24,000 nucleotides of DNA from an uncultured Actinomycetota bacterium (GTDB lineage: Bacteria; Actinomycetota; Actinomycetes; Mycobacteriales; Pseudonocardiaceae), in assembly GCA_963826035.1 (NCBI GenBank), contig CAWGVZ010000004.1, forward strand, positions 947,131-971,130. Direction: 5' to 3'. Positions within the stretch are counted from its first letter, which is position 1, and each line of letters starts with the position of its first letter. The translations under genes were made by a program, and so were the position numbers. Shown here in pieces: positions 15,160-22,903 of the stretch. A model generated the notes under the pieces. It saw only the letters and a program-made list of their open reading frames with translations, did no database searches and was not told the origin of the DNA.

Positions 15160-16671
15160 CGGGGCAGGCTACCGGAGGGTTGGGAACTGCTCCTGGTGGT
15201 GTGTCGAAGCGTGATTGAACGCGGCGATTTGTCCATTGGCGGCGTTGTCGGTGGTGGTCGGTACGGTCATCGTCGATGAGCAAGATCATGCAGGCGTACC
15301 GGTTCGCCTTGGATCCGAGCGTGGCGCAGGAGTGGGCGTTGCGGTCGCATTGTGGCGCGCAGCGGTTCGCCTTCAACTGGGGTCTGGCTCGGGTGAAGGC
15401 GACCCTTGCTCAGCGGGACGCCGAAGCCTCCTACGGTCTTGCTGGTGATGATCTGACGCCGTCGTTGAGTTGGTCGGCGTATTCGCTGCGTAAGGCGTGG
15501 AACGGCGCCAAGGATGTGGTGGCGTCGTGGTGGGGTGAGAACTCCAAGGAGGCGTACTCCTCGGGGTTGGCGAACCTGGCCACGGCGTTGACGAACTGGC
15601 GCAACTCCCAGCGCGGCGAGCGGAAAGGACGCAAGCTCGGTTTCCCTCGGTTTCGGGGCCGTCGGTTCGGGCTGTCGTGCCGGTTCACCACCGGCAGCCT
15701 GGGTCTGGTCGATGCGGATCGGCGGCATGTGCGGTTGCCGCGGATCGGGGTGGTGCGCACGCACGAGTCGACCCGCAAGCTCGCCCGGCACGTGGAACGC
15801 GGCACCGCCCGCATCCGCTCGGCCACCGTCTCGCTGCGGTCCGGGCGTTGGTTCGTGTCGTTCTCGGTCGAGATCACCCGCGACGACCCGGCACCGGCAC
15901 GCCCGGATGGGGTGGTCGGGGTGGATCTCGGTGTGAAGTCGCTGGCCGTGCTGTCCACCGGCGAGGTCATCACCAACCCGAAACATCTCGACGTCGCACT
16001 GCGCGAACTGCGCCGGCTACAGCGGCAGGCCGCCCGCCGCCAGGGACCGGACAAGCGAACCAAGGCCAGGCCGTCAAACCGATGGCGCCAGACCCAAGCC
16101 CGGATCACGGCACTGCACGCGCAGGTGGCGAACGCGCGGCGAGATGGGCTGCACAAGCTGTCCACCCGCCTGGTGCGCACCTTCGGGACGATTGTGGTCG
16201 AGGATCTCAACGTGTCCGGCATGCTCGCCAACCGCCGTTTGGCGCGGCGTGTCGCGGGTGCCGGTTGGGGTGAGTTGCGCCGCCAGATCGAGTACAAGGC
16301 CACCTGGGCCGGTGCTGTGCGGGTGCGGGTCGCTGACCGGTGGTTCGCGAGTTCTAAGACGTGTTCGGGCTGTGGTGTGGTGAAAGCCAAGCTGCGCCTG
16401 TCCGACCGCATCTACCACTGTGACCAGTGCGGTCTCGTGCTGGATCGCGACGTCAACGCCGCCCGCAACCTCGCGGCACTGGTTGAGGCGACGTCTTCCC
16501 CGAGTTGCGGGGTGACGAGAAACGAGCCCGATGGAAACCCACGTAAGACCCGCATTGTGCGGGCGACGGGTATCGCCACGGGAAGACCCACGCCACCCGG
16601 TGCGGGCCAACGCCGACACGGCGACGCGTCGGCTCGGGACACGATTTCACATGTTTCCTGAACGGTATTGC
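15160..16671 (+). mobile_element. IS200/IS605-family element of the solo-tnpB (IS1341-like) type; ends not resolved
   Basis: It is bounded by the conserved neighbours (TB16.3-like start at 15158, metallophosphoesterase stop at 16672). It contains only tnpB, with no tnpA. Its codon third positions are visibly less GC-rich than the flanking genes (many TTG, CAT, TGT, GGT, CTT codons). Confidence 0.7.
15276..16661 (+). CDS. tnpB: TnpB, RNA-guided endonuclease of IS200/IS605-family elements (OrfB_IS605 plus Zn-ribbon)
   Basis: The N-terminus MQAYRFALDPS is typical of TnpB. RuvC-I is GVDLGVKS, RuvC-II is IVVEDLNVSGM, the zinc ribbon is CSGCG...CDQCG, and RuvC-III is DRDVNAARN. The start is ATG 15276 or ATG 15288. 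Confidence 0.92.
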   Translation: MSKIMQAYRFALDPSVAQEWALRSHCGAQRFAFNWGLARVKATLAQRDAEASYGLAGDDLTPSLSWSAYSLRKAWNGAKDVVASWWGENSKEAYSSGLANLATALTNWRNSQRGERKGRKLGFPRFRGRRFGLSCRFTTGSLGLVDADRRHVRLPRIGVVRTHESTRKLARHVERGTARIRSATVSLRSGRWFVSFSVEITRDDPAPARPDGVVGVDLGVKSLAVLSTGEVITNPKHLDVALRELRRLQRQAARRQGPDKRTKARPSNRWRQTQARITALHAQVANARRDGLHKLSTRLVRTFGTIVVEDLNVSGMLANRRLARRVAGAGWGELRRQIEYKATWAGAVRVRVADRWFASSKTCSGCGVVKAKLRLSDRIYHCDQCGLVLDRDVNAARNLAALVEATSSPSCGVTRNEPDGNPRKTRIVRATGIATGRPTPPGAGQRRHGDASARDTISHVS

Positions 16672-16690
16672 TCACCAGCGCAGCACGTAC
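16480..16690 (+). ncRNA. Candidate omega-RNA (reRNA) scaffold embedded in the tnpB 3' end, with a presumptive guide reaching into flanking DNA
   Basis: The placement is inferred from established TnpB biology. Visible hairpins lie at 16498-16512 (ccccg/cgggg), 16549-16563 (cccgca/tgcggg) and 16612-16633 (gccgac/gtcggc). The boundaries are guesses. Confidence 0.3.
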
Positions 16691-17460
16691 GGGCGTTGCG
16701 TGCGCTGGAAGTGGCCGACGTTCGCGCACTCGGTGCGCCCGATGCGCATCCGCGCCACCATCGGCTGGTGCACGTGCCCGTACAGAGCCCAGCGCGGCGA
16801 GCGTGTGCGGATCGTGTCGAGCAGCGCGGCCGAGCCGTACTCGGCCCGCCGCGAGACCACGTCGTAGATCAGCTCGGGCACGTCCGGCGGCACGTGACTG
16901 CACAGCACGTCCAGCTCCGTGAACCCGGCGAGCGCCGCCACGTACTCCTCATCGGTCCGCAGATACGGGTGGAACACCCCGCCGCGCCGGCGCACGGCCC
17001 CCGCCGGCAGCAGCGCGCCGCCCACGAACCCGAAGCGCAGCCCGCCGATCTCCGCCATCTCGCCGTCGAGGATGTGCACGCCCTCGCCGGCGAACTCCGG
17101 CCAGAGCGCGGGCGCGTCCACGTTGCCGGGAGTCGCGTACGTGGGCGCCGGCAGCACGGCGAAGATCCGCTCGTACTGGTTGCGAATGGCCTCCTCGACC
17201 ACGGCCGCCGGGTCGTCGAGGCTCGTCCACAGTGACCGGGAGAACGCGGCCAGCTCGGTGTGGTCGCGCTCCCGGCGCAGCCGCGCGAACGTCGCCATGG
17301 ACTCGGGCCCGAACACCGCGCCCATGATCCCGCCGGCATGGTCGTAGTAGTCGACGAAGTCGATCAGATCGCCCAGCACGACGAGCGCGTCGGCGCCGTC
17401 GCCGGCCTTCGCCAATGCCTCGGCGTTGCCGTGTACGTCCGACACCACATGAACCCGCAC
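16672..17460 (-). CDS. Calcineurin-like metallophosphoesterase
   Basis: The motifs DVHGN, GDLID, GNVD and GHVH occur in canonical order. 262 aa. Confidence 0.85.
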   Translation of the reverse strand: MRVHVVSDVHGNAEALAKAGDGADALVVLGDLIDFVDYYDHAGGIMGAVFGPESMATFARLRRERDHTELAAFSRSLWTSLDDPAAVVEEAIRNQYERIFAVLPAPTYATPGNVDAPALWPEFAGEGVHILDGEMAEIGGLRFGFVGGALLPAGAVRRRGGVFHPYLRTDEEYVAALAGFTELDVLCSHVPPDVPELIYDVVSRRAEYGSAALLDTIRTRSPRWALYGHVHQPMVARMRIGRTECANVGHFQRTQRPYVLRW

Positions 17461-17469
17461 ACCCGCAGG

Positions 17470-17859
17470 TTAACCAGGGGGCGGGCAGCCGGGCGGACGC
17501 CCGTCCTCGAGAACGGTCTTCAGATCGAGTGCCACGGCCTTCGCCGCCAGCTGGCGGCGGGCGATCTCGCGGCGGATCCGGGCCGGCTTGTGCGCACCCG
17601 GCAGGTCCGCGCGGAGGAAGTAGTGCAGCAGGGTGCCGTCGAGCTTCGGCTCCAGCCAGACCTCCATGGTGCCGACCAGCGCGCCCCGCACGGTCCACCG
17701 CAGCCCCTCGTCGCCGCGGTCGGCGTACACGTCCAGCTCCAGGTCCGGCCAGAAGCGGCGCCAGGCGGCGGGATCGGCGAACGCGGCGGCCACCACGCAC
17801 GGCGGCACCACGAGGAACGTCTCGTCGACCACGTCGACCCGGACATCAACGGCAGGCAC
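17470..17859 (-). CDS. SRPBCC-fold protein (Rv2186c-position homologue)
   Basis: 129 aa with high GC3. It is divergent from the FadD15-like gene, as Rv2186c is from Rv2187. The fold assignment is tentative. Confidence 0.6.
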   Translation of the reverse strand: MPAVDVRVDVVDETFLVVPPCVVAAAFADPAAWRRFWPDLELDVYADRGDEGLRWTVRGALVGTMEVWLEPKLDGTLLHYFLRADLPGAHKPARIRREIARRQLAAKAVALDLKTVLEDGRPPGCPPPG

Positions 17860-17920
17860 GGCGCCAGCATGTCACGGTCCCGAAACGCGCCGCTTCCGGC
17901 GGCGCGCTATTTTCCCTGGT

Positions 17921-19042
17921 GTGACCGAACAGGAGAGCCTGACCGACATGGTCTGGGCCAACGCGGAGCGGTTCGGGGGCACGATCGGGTTCCGGCGCCG
18001 GGTTGACGGCTCCTGGTTGGACGTGACCACCCGGGAGTTCGCGACGCAGGTGCTCGACGTGGCCAAGGGCATGATCGCGGCCGGGCTGCGGCCGGGCGAC
18101 CGCATCGCGTTGCTGGCCGGCACTCGCTACGAGTGGTCCCTGTTCGACTTCGCCGGCCTGGCCATCGGCTGCCAGATCGTGCCGATCGCCGCGACCGCCA
18201 CGCCCGCCGACGTCGAGTGGATCCTCGCCGACTCCGGCGCGTGCGCGGTGGTGGTGGAGACGGCGGCGCACCGCGAGATCGTGCGTGCGGTGGTGGACCG
18301 GCTGCCCGAGATCGTGTGGGTCTGGCAGCTGGACGGCGACGTGCTCGACGATGGTGAGGACGTACCGGCCGCCATCGACGAGCTGACCGCGCTGGCCGGC
18401 GACGCGGGCTGGGTGACCGACGAGACGGTCCACCAGCGGCGGCTGGCCGTGCGCACCGACGACGTCGCCACGGTCGTGTACCCGCCGGGCACCGAGCGGC
18501 CCAAGCGGGTGGAGCTGACCCACGGTGACCTGCTGGCCGACGTGCGGTCGACCATCGCCGCGTTCCCCGCCCTGCTGCGCCCCGGCAACTCGCTGCTCGT
18601 CCTCCTGGCGCTGGCGGACCTGCCGGCCCGGGCCATCGCCATGTGCTGCGTCTACACGAGGACCACGCTCGGTCTCCTGCCCGAGGCCGGCGACCTGTTC
18701 ACCGACCTTGGCGTGTTCCGGCCGCGCGTGATCGTGGCCGGCACCGAGCTGCTGCGCGAGGTGTACGAGGCGGCGCGCGACAAGGCACACGCCGAGGGCG
18801 GCACGTTCCTGTTCGACGCGGCCGAGTCGGTGGCCAGGTCCTACGGGGCCGGCTCGGCGTCACTGGCGCTGCGGCTCAAGCACGCGGTGGCCGGCCGGGT
18901 GGTGTACCCGAAGCTGCGGGCGGCGTTCGGGGGTCGCTGCGTCGCGGCCATCACGGCCGGCGAGCCGCTCGACACCGATCGGGCGAACTTCTTCCGCGGC
19001 ATCGGCGTGGACGTGCACGAACTGGGGCTCGCGCCGGCCTGA
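17921..19042 (+). CDS. FadD15-like acyl-CoA ligase (AMP-binding family), C-terminally truncated and with a degenerate P-loop; possibly a pseudogene
   Basis: The N-terminal half aligns with long-chain acyl-CoA ligases (GDRIALLAGTRYEW...). The A3 motif reads VVYPPGTERPKRVELTH instead of the expected YTSGTTGxPKG. The ORF stops at GIGVDVHELGLAPA*, roughly where the (E)GYGLTE motif is expected. It is 373 aa, against about 600 aa for the family. Confidence 0.7.
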   Translation: MTEQESLTDMVWANAERFGGTIGFRRRVDGSWLDVTTREFATQVLDVAKGMIAAGLRPGDRIALLAGTRYEWSLFDFAGLAIGCQIVPIAATATPADVEWILADSGACAVVVETAAHREIVRAVVDRLPEIVWVWQLDGDVLDDGEDVPAAIDELTALAGDAGWVTDETVHQRRLAVRTDDVATVVYPPGTERPKRVELTHGDLLADVRSTIAAFPALLRPGNSLLVLLALADLPARAIAMCCVYTRTTLGLLPEAGDLFTDLGVFRPRVIVAGTELLREVYEAARDKAHAEGGTFLFDAAESVARSYGAGSASLALRLKHAVAGRVVYPKLRAAFGGRCVAAITAGEPLDTDRANFFRGIGVDVHELGLAPA

Positions 19043-19106
19043 CCGCTCGTGCACCGGTTGTGCCGATCCGTGCAGCGGTGCTGGCGGTGCCGGCGCGCCC
19101 GGGCGG

Positions 19107-20147
19107 ATGGTGACGGGCGTGAACAGCACAGTCGACAGCAGGGTGATCGTCCGCAAGATCGCCGGTGACCTGATCGCGCACCGCAACGCACTGGCCGGCA
19201 AGGCCGAGGACGCCTATCGCGCGCAGGAGGCGCTGGAGGCCACGGCCCGGGCGGTCGGCGAGCACCACACCGATCACAAGAACACGGCGGCCACCGCCAC
19301 CGGTCACTGGGAGGGGCGCAACGCCCAGGGCTTCGACCGCAAGGCCCGCCGGATGACCAGGGCGCTGCGCACGACGGCGACCGTGTCGGGCGGCGGCGCG
19401 AAGATCGTGGCGGACACGGCCGCGGCGCTCGACGGCGGGCACCGGGCGGTCACCAACCTGGTGGAGGAGTACACGACGCGGGCGGCGGGCGTGCTGGACG
19501 CCGGCCGGGCCGCCACCGGGGCGGGGTCGCGGGCCGCGCTGATGCGGGCGGTCGGGCAGGTGGTCGACCTGGTGCGGACGTACACGAACGAGTCGACCGC
19601 GCACGTGCGTTCGGTGCGCGGCGAGATGAAGGCCGCGGCGGCGAAGCTGCGCAAGCTGGAACGCACGGTGGAGCACGACGGGTTCGCCGATCCCGGCCGG
19701 GCGCGCCGGCCACGCCCCGAACCGGAGGGTCGCGGCGGCGGGAAGATCCTGAACGTCGCCCGCTCGCAGCTCGGCTACCGCGAAGGGCCGAACAACGCCA
19801 ACAAGTACGGACCGGACGTCGCGTGGTGCGCCAGCTTCGCCACCTGGGTCTGGCGAAAGTCGGGGGTGGACATCGGGATCCTCCCGTTCACCGGCGACGT
19901 CTACTCGTGGGGACAGGAACGAGGCCTCGCCTACGGGAAGAACAACCTCGACTCGGCCCGGCCCGGTGACGTGCTGCTGTTCGGCACCGGGCCGCAGAGC
20001 CCGTCCACCAGTACGCACATCGGGATCGTGGAGAGCGTGAAGGGCGACAAGGTGACGCTCATCGAGGGTAATTCGAGTGACCGGGTGCAACGTGTCACCC
20101 ACACGCTGTCCAGTGCGACGTTCTATGGAGGGGTGCACCCGAGGTGA
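19107..20147 (+). CDS. Two-domain protein: N-terminal WXG100-like helical domain fused to a C-terminal CHAP (Cys/His amidohydrolase/peptidase) peptidoglycan hydrolase domain
   Basis: W-x-G at residues 68-70 sits in the pattern HWEGRNAQGF (W.G..A..F) between predicted helices. The C-terminus carries CHAP hallmarks: GYREGPNNANKYG...AWCASFATWVW (catalytic Cys), GDVLLF, THIGIV (His) and LIEGNSS. There is no N-terminal signal peptide. Confidence 0.75.
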   Translation: MVTGVNSTVDSRVIVRKIAGDLIAHRNALAGKAEDAYRAQEALEATARAVGEHHTDHKNTAATATGHWEGRNAQGFDRKARRMTRALRTTATVSGGGAKIVADTAAALDGGHRAVTNLVEEYTTRAAGVLDAGRAATGAGSRAALMRAVGQVVDLVRTYTNESTAHVRSVRGEMKAAAAKLRKLERTVEHDGFADPGRARRPRPEPEGRGGGKILNVARSQLGYREGPNNANKYGPDVAWCASFATWVWRKSGVDIGILPFTGDVYSWGQERGLAYGKNNLDSARPGDVLLFGTGPQSPSTSTHIGIVESVKGDKVTLIEGNSSDRVQRVTHTLSSATFYGGVHPR

Positions 20148-20449
20148 CCGAGATAACCGGAGAGGCGCGGGATTCCGGCGTCGAGGCGCGGGTGTACCCG
20201 GGTGGGGCGCTGGCGGCGCTGACGCTCACCGCGCCCGCACTGGACCTGGGCGCCGTCCGGCTGGCGGCGACGATCGTGGACGTGGTGGCCGAGGCGACGG
20301 CGCGGGCCAACCGGCGCACGCGCCATGCGTTGCGCGACGCGCTGACCGGCCTCGACGAGCGGGACATGACGGCACTCGGCCTCGACCAGGACGAGGCGCT
20401 GACCGAGCGGGTGGAGTCGACCACGCCGCGGACCTGGAGGACGGCGTGA
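20144..20449 (+). CDS. Small YbaB/EbfC-like (EspL-like) protein
   Basis: 101 aa. The GTG start overlaps the upstream stop as GTGA. The core pattern is EARDSGVEARVYPGGALAALTLTAPALDLGAVRLAATIVDVVAEA. There is no signal peptide. Confidence 0.55.
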   Translation: MTEITGEARDSGVEARVYPGGALAALTLTAPALDLGAVRLAATIVDVVAEATARANRRTRHALRDALTGLDERDMTALGLDQDEALTERVESTTPRTWRTA

Positions 20450-20805
20450 GCGTGGACGGCCTGTTCGACCGGCTGGCGAGCATCACCGCCTCCGCCGCCG
20501 ACGAGGAACACGGCATCGAGGCGACCGTGAACCTGGACGGCAAGCTCGTGGGGTTGTCCCTGGCGCCCCAGGCGTTGAGCCTCGCCCCGGACCGACTGGC
20601 GGCGGCCGTGTTCACGGTGACGCAGCGGGCGGCGGCCGTGGCGTTGCGGGAGGGGCTTGAGCTGGTGGCCCCGGTGGCGGGCGAGGAGCTGACGGCCGAG
20701 CTGACGGAGCTGGTGGAGTCCCACCCCGGCGCTCCCGCGACTCCCGAGCCGCGACCCCCGGAGGAGGACTTCTCCACCATCGAGACGTGGGCCCTACCCC
20801 GCTGA
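20446..20805 (+). CDS. Second small YbaB/EbfC-like protein with an acidic, Pro-rich tail
   Basis: 119 aa. The GTG start overlaps the upstream stop as GTGA. The core is EEHGIEATVNLDGKLVGLSLAPQALSLAPDRLAAAVFTVTQRAAAVA. The 3' end overlaps the convergent gene by 12 nt. Confidence 0.55.
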   Translation: MSVDGLFDRLASITASAADEEHGIEATVNLDGKLVGLSLAPQALSLAPDRLAAAVFTVTQRAAAVALREGLELVAPVAGEELTAELTELVESHPGAPATPEPRPPEEDFSTIETWALPR

Positions 20806-21702
20806 CTCAGGACTCCGGACCAACCGAAACCAACCGGACTCCCCCTCACGTTCGAACGGGGCCGAGTCCACGATCCAGCCGTCGGGCCAGTCCGACCAGA
20901 CGGGTTCGTCGGACGCGCGGCGGAAGGTGGCACCGTCGAGCCAGATGGAGCCGATGATCTCAGCGTCCCGGAACCACGCGCCGGCGTGGAACTCGGCCTC
21001 CATGAACGACGTGACGCCGGTGAACGTCGTTCTCACGAACCTGGCGCGGCCTACGGTGAAGCGGGTTCCCGTGAACTTGGCTTCGTAGAGTTCGCAGTCG
21101 CTGAAGTTGACGTCCACCAGAGTGGCGCCGCTCAGGTCCAGGTGCAGGCCCGGCCAGTGGTCGGGAGCCGTTGGCCGTTGGTGCGCTGCCAGGATGCGCT
21201 GCGCGGTCACCCGCACCTCGCGTTCCTGCCGGGTGATCAGGTCGCCCTGCGGGCCCGTGGCCGACGGCATGCGCAGGTAGGCGCACAGCACGTTGACGAT
21301 GGTCTGCCGCTGCGTCGGGTTGTCCTGCGCCAGCCGCTCCAGCGCGTACAGCCCGCCGAGCCGCACCGGGGCCTTCTCCGAGCCGAGCTGCTCCACGGCC
21401 GTCGCGTAGAGGTCGGTGACCCGGCGAGCGGTGGCGTCCGCCTCGGTGTGTGCCAGTTCCAGCTCCTGCGTCCGCTGCCGGCGCGCCGCCAGGTAGAGCG
21501 CGAACAGCCCACCGCCGCCGACCGCGACACCAGAGGTCACCTTCACCACGTCGAGCAGTGCCGTCGTCTTCTGCGCCGGGTCGGTCCACGGCTGGCCGTC
21601 GACCCACCACCACAGCGCCACCAGCACTCCGCCCGCGATCACCAGGACCGCGGCGGCCACACCCCACACCGTCCACCGTGGCAGGGGGTGGCGGGTCGGC
21701 AT
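20794..21702 (-). CDS. Membrane-anchored pentapeptide-repeat protein
   Basis: Two N-terminal TM helices (WTVWGVAAAVLVIAGGVLVALWWW and VTSGVAVGGGGLFALYLAA). A helical segment (VRLGGLYALERLAQDNP) follows, then pentapeptide-like repeats (LSGATLVDVNFSDCELYEAKFTGTRFTVGRARFVRTTFTGVTSFMEAEF). The ATG overlaps the pimB' stop as TAATG. Confidence 0.8.
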   Translation of the reverse strand: MPTRHPLPRWTVWGVAAAVLVIAGGVLVALWWWVDGQPWTDPAQKTTALLDVVKVTSGVAVGGGGLFALYLAARRQRTQELELAHTEADATARRVTDLYATAVEQLGSEKAPVRLGGLYALERLAQDNPTQRQTIVNVLCAYLRMPSATGPQGDLITRQEREVRVTAQRILAAHQRPTAPDHWPGLHLDLSGATLVDVNFSDCELYEAKFTGTRFTVGRARFVRTTFTGVTSFMEAEFHAGAWFRDAEIIGSIWLDGATFRRASDEPVWSDWPDGWIVDSAPFEREGESGWFRLVRSPESAG

Positions 21703-22850
21703 TAGAAAGCGCTGCCGTCCAGCAGGCGGGCCAGGCGGCCGGCGATGTCCTCCCAGCGCCAGTGGCGGGAGACCCAGCGGCGGCCGGCCTCCCCCATCTC
21801 GGTGGCCCAGGTGGGGTCGGCCAGCAGCGTCCCGACCGACTCGGCGATCTGGGCCACGTCCCGGCCGTCGACCACATTGCCCGTGACGCCGTCCAGAACG
21901 GCCTCCGGGGCGCCGCCCGAGCGGCCGGCCACCACCGGCAGCCCCGACGCCGAGGCCTCCAGGTAGACGATGCCGAGACCCTCGACGTCCAGCCCTCGGC
22001 CGTGGGTACGGCAGGGCATGGCGAACACGTCACCGGCCACGTAGTGCGCCGGCAGTTCCTCCCACGGCACCCGGCCGGTCATGACCACGTGCTCGGCCAC
22101 GCCGAGCTGCTCGGCCAGCGCACGCAGGCGATCCTGGTAGGGCCCGCCGCCGACCAGCAGCAGCGCGGCCTCCGGCACCCGCCGGCGGATGGCCGGCAGT
22201 GCGCGGATCAGCATGTCCTGGCCCTTGCGCGGCCACAGCCGGGACACGCACACGGCCGTCGGCCGGTCGCCGAGGCCGTAGCGGGTGCGGATCTCCTTGC
22301 GGGCGGCGAAGTTCGGCTGGAACTGCTCGGTGTCCACCCCCGAGGGCAGGTACTCGAGCGCCGCGCGGGCGCCGAACGCGGCGGCGAACCGGGAGCGGGT
22401 GTACTTGCTGACGAACGTGACGACGTCGGTGGTCGAGCCGATGCGGCGCAGCGCCTGGCGGGCGACCGGCAGCATCGACCAGCCGACCTCGTGGCCGTGG
22501 GTGCTGGCGATCACGCGCTCCGCCCCGGCCGCGCGCAGCTGGGGGGCGAGCAGCGCCAGCGGGGCGGCCGCGCCGAACCAGACGGTGTCGCACCGCTCGG
22601 CGCGCAGGATCTCCTTGGCGCGCCTGGCCACCGACGGGGTGGGCAGCATCAGCCCACCGGGGTGGCGCACCACGGGGAAGGGCTGCTCGGCGTCGAACTC
22701 GGGGTGTGAGCCGGTGCTGTGCTCCCACGCCGGCGCGTAAACCACCAGGTCCTGGTCGGGCAGCCGGGTCGCGAGCGCATGCAGGTACGACTGGATCCCG
22801 CCGGGTCGGGGCGGGAAGTCGTTGGTCACCACCAAGGTCCGAGGCACCAA
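21702..22850 (-). CDS. pimB: GT4 glycosyltransferase, phosphatidylinositol mannoside mannosyltransferase PimB' (Rv2188c-like)
   Basis: The N-terminus MVPRTLVVTNDFPPRPGGIQSYLHAL matches my recollection of Mtb PimB' (LLVTNDFPPRRGGIQSYL). The C-terminal E-x7-E region is EGLGIVYLEASASGLPVVAG. 382 aa. Confidence 0.9.
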   Translation of the reverse strand: MVPRTLVVTNDFPPRPGGIQSYLHALATRLPDQDLVVYAPAWEHSTGSHPEFDAEQPFPVVRHPGGLMLPTPSVARRAKEILRAERCDTVWFGAAAPLALLAPQLRAAGAERVIASTHGHEVGWSMLPVARQALRRIGSTTDVVTFVSKYTRSRFAAAFGARAALEYLPSGVDTEQFQPNFAARKEIRTRYGLGDRPTAVCVSRLWPRKGQDMLIRALPAIRRRVPEAALLLVGGGPYQDRLRALAEQLGVAEHVVMTGRVPWEELPAHYVAGDVFAMPCRTHGRGLDVEGLGIVYLEASASGLPVVAGRSGGAPEAVLDGVTGNVVDGRDVAQIAESVGTLLADPTWATEMGEAGRRWVSRHWRWEDIAGRLARLLDGSAF

Positions 22851-22903
22851 CGCAGGCTACTTGAGAACCACCGGCCGCCAGGGCGGGTGCGGCCAGACAG
22901 GGC

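Noticed and set aside
15431-16411. 326-aa ORF antisense to tnpB
   Set aside because: It is a Ser/Arg/Pro-rich shadow frame, and TnpB motifs on the plus strand explain the region.
18951-20138. 395-aa minus-strand ORF across the WXG-CHAP gene
   Set aside because: It is a shadow frame, and the plus strand has clear CHAP motifs and translational coupling to the downstream genes.
20960-22709. Long ORFs 20960..22033 (minus), 21450..22709 (plus) and 22030..22728 (minus) over the pentapeptide and pimB' genes
   Set aside because: They are alternative frames of well-supported genes, with low-complexity Arg/Gly/Pro/Ala translations.
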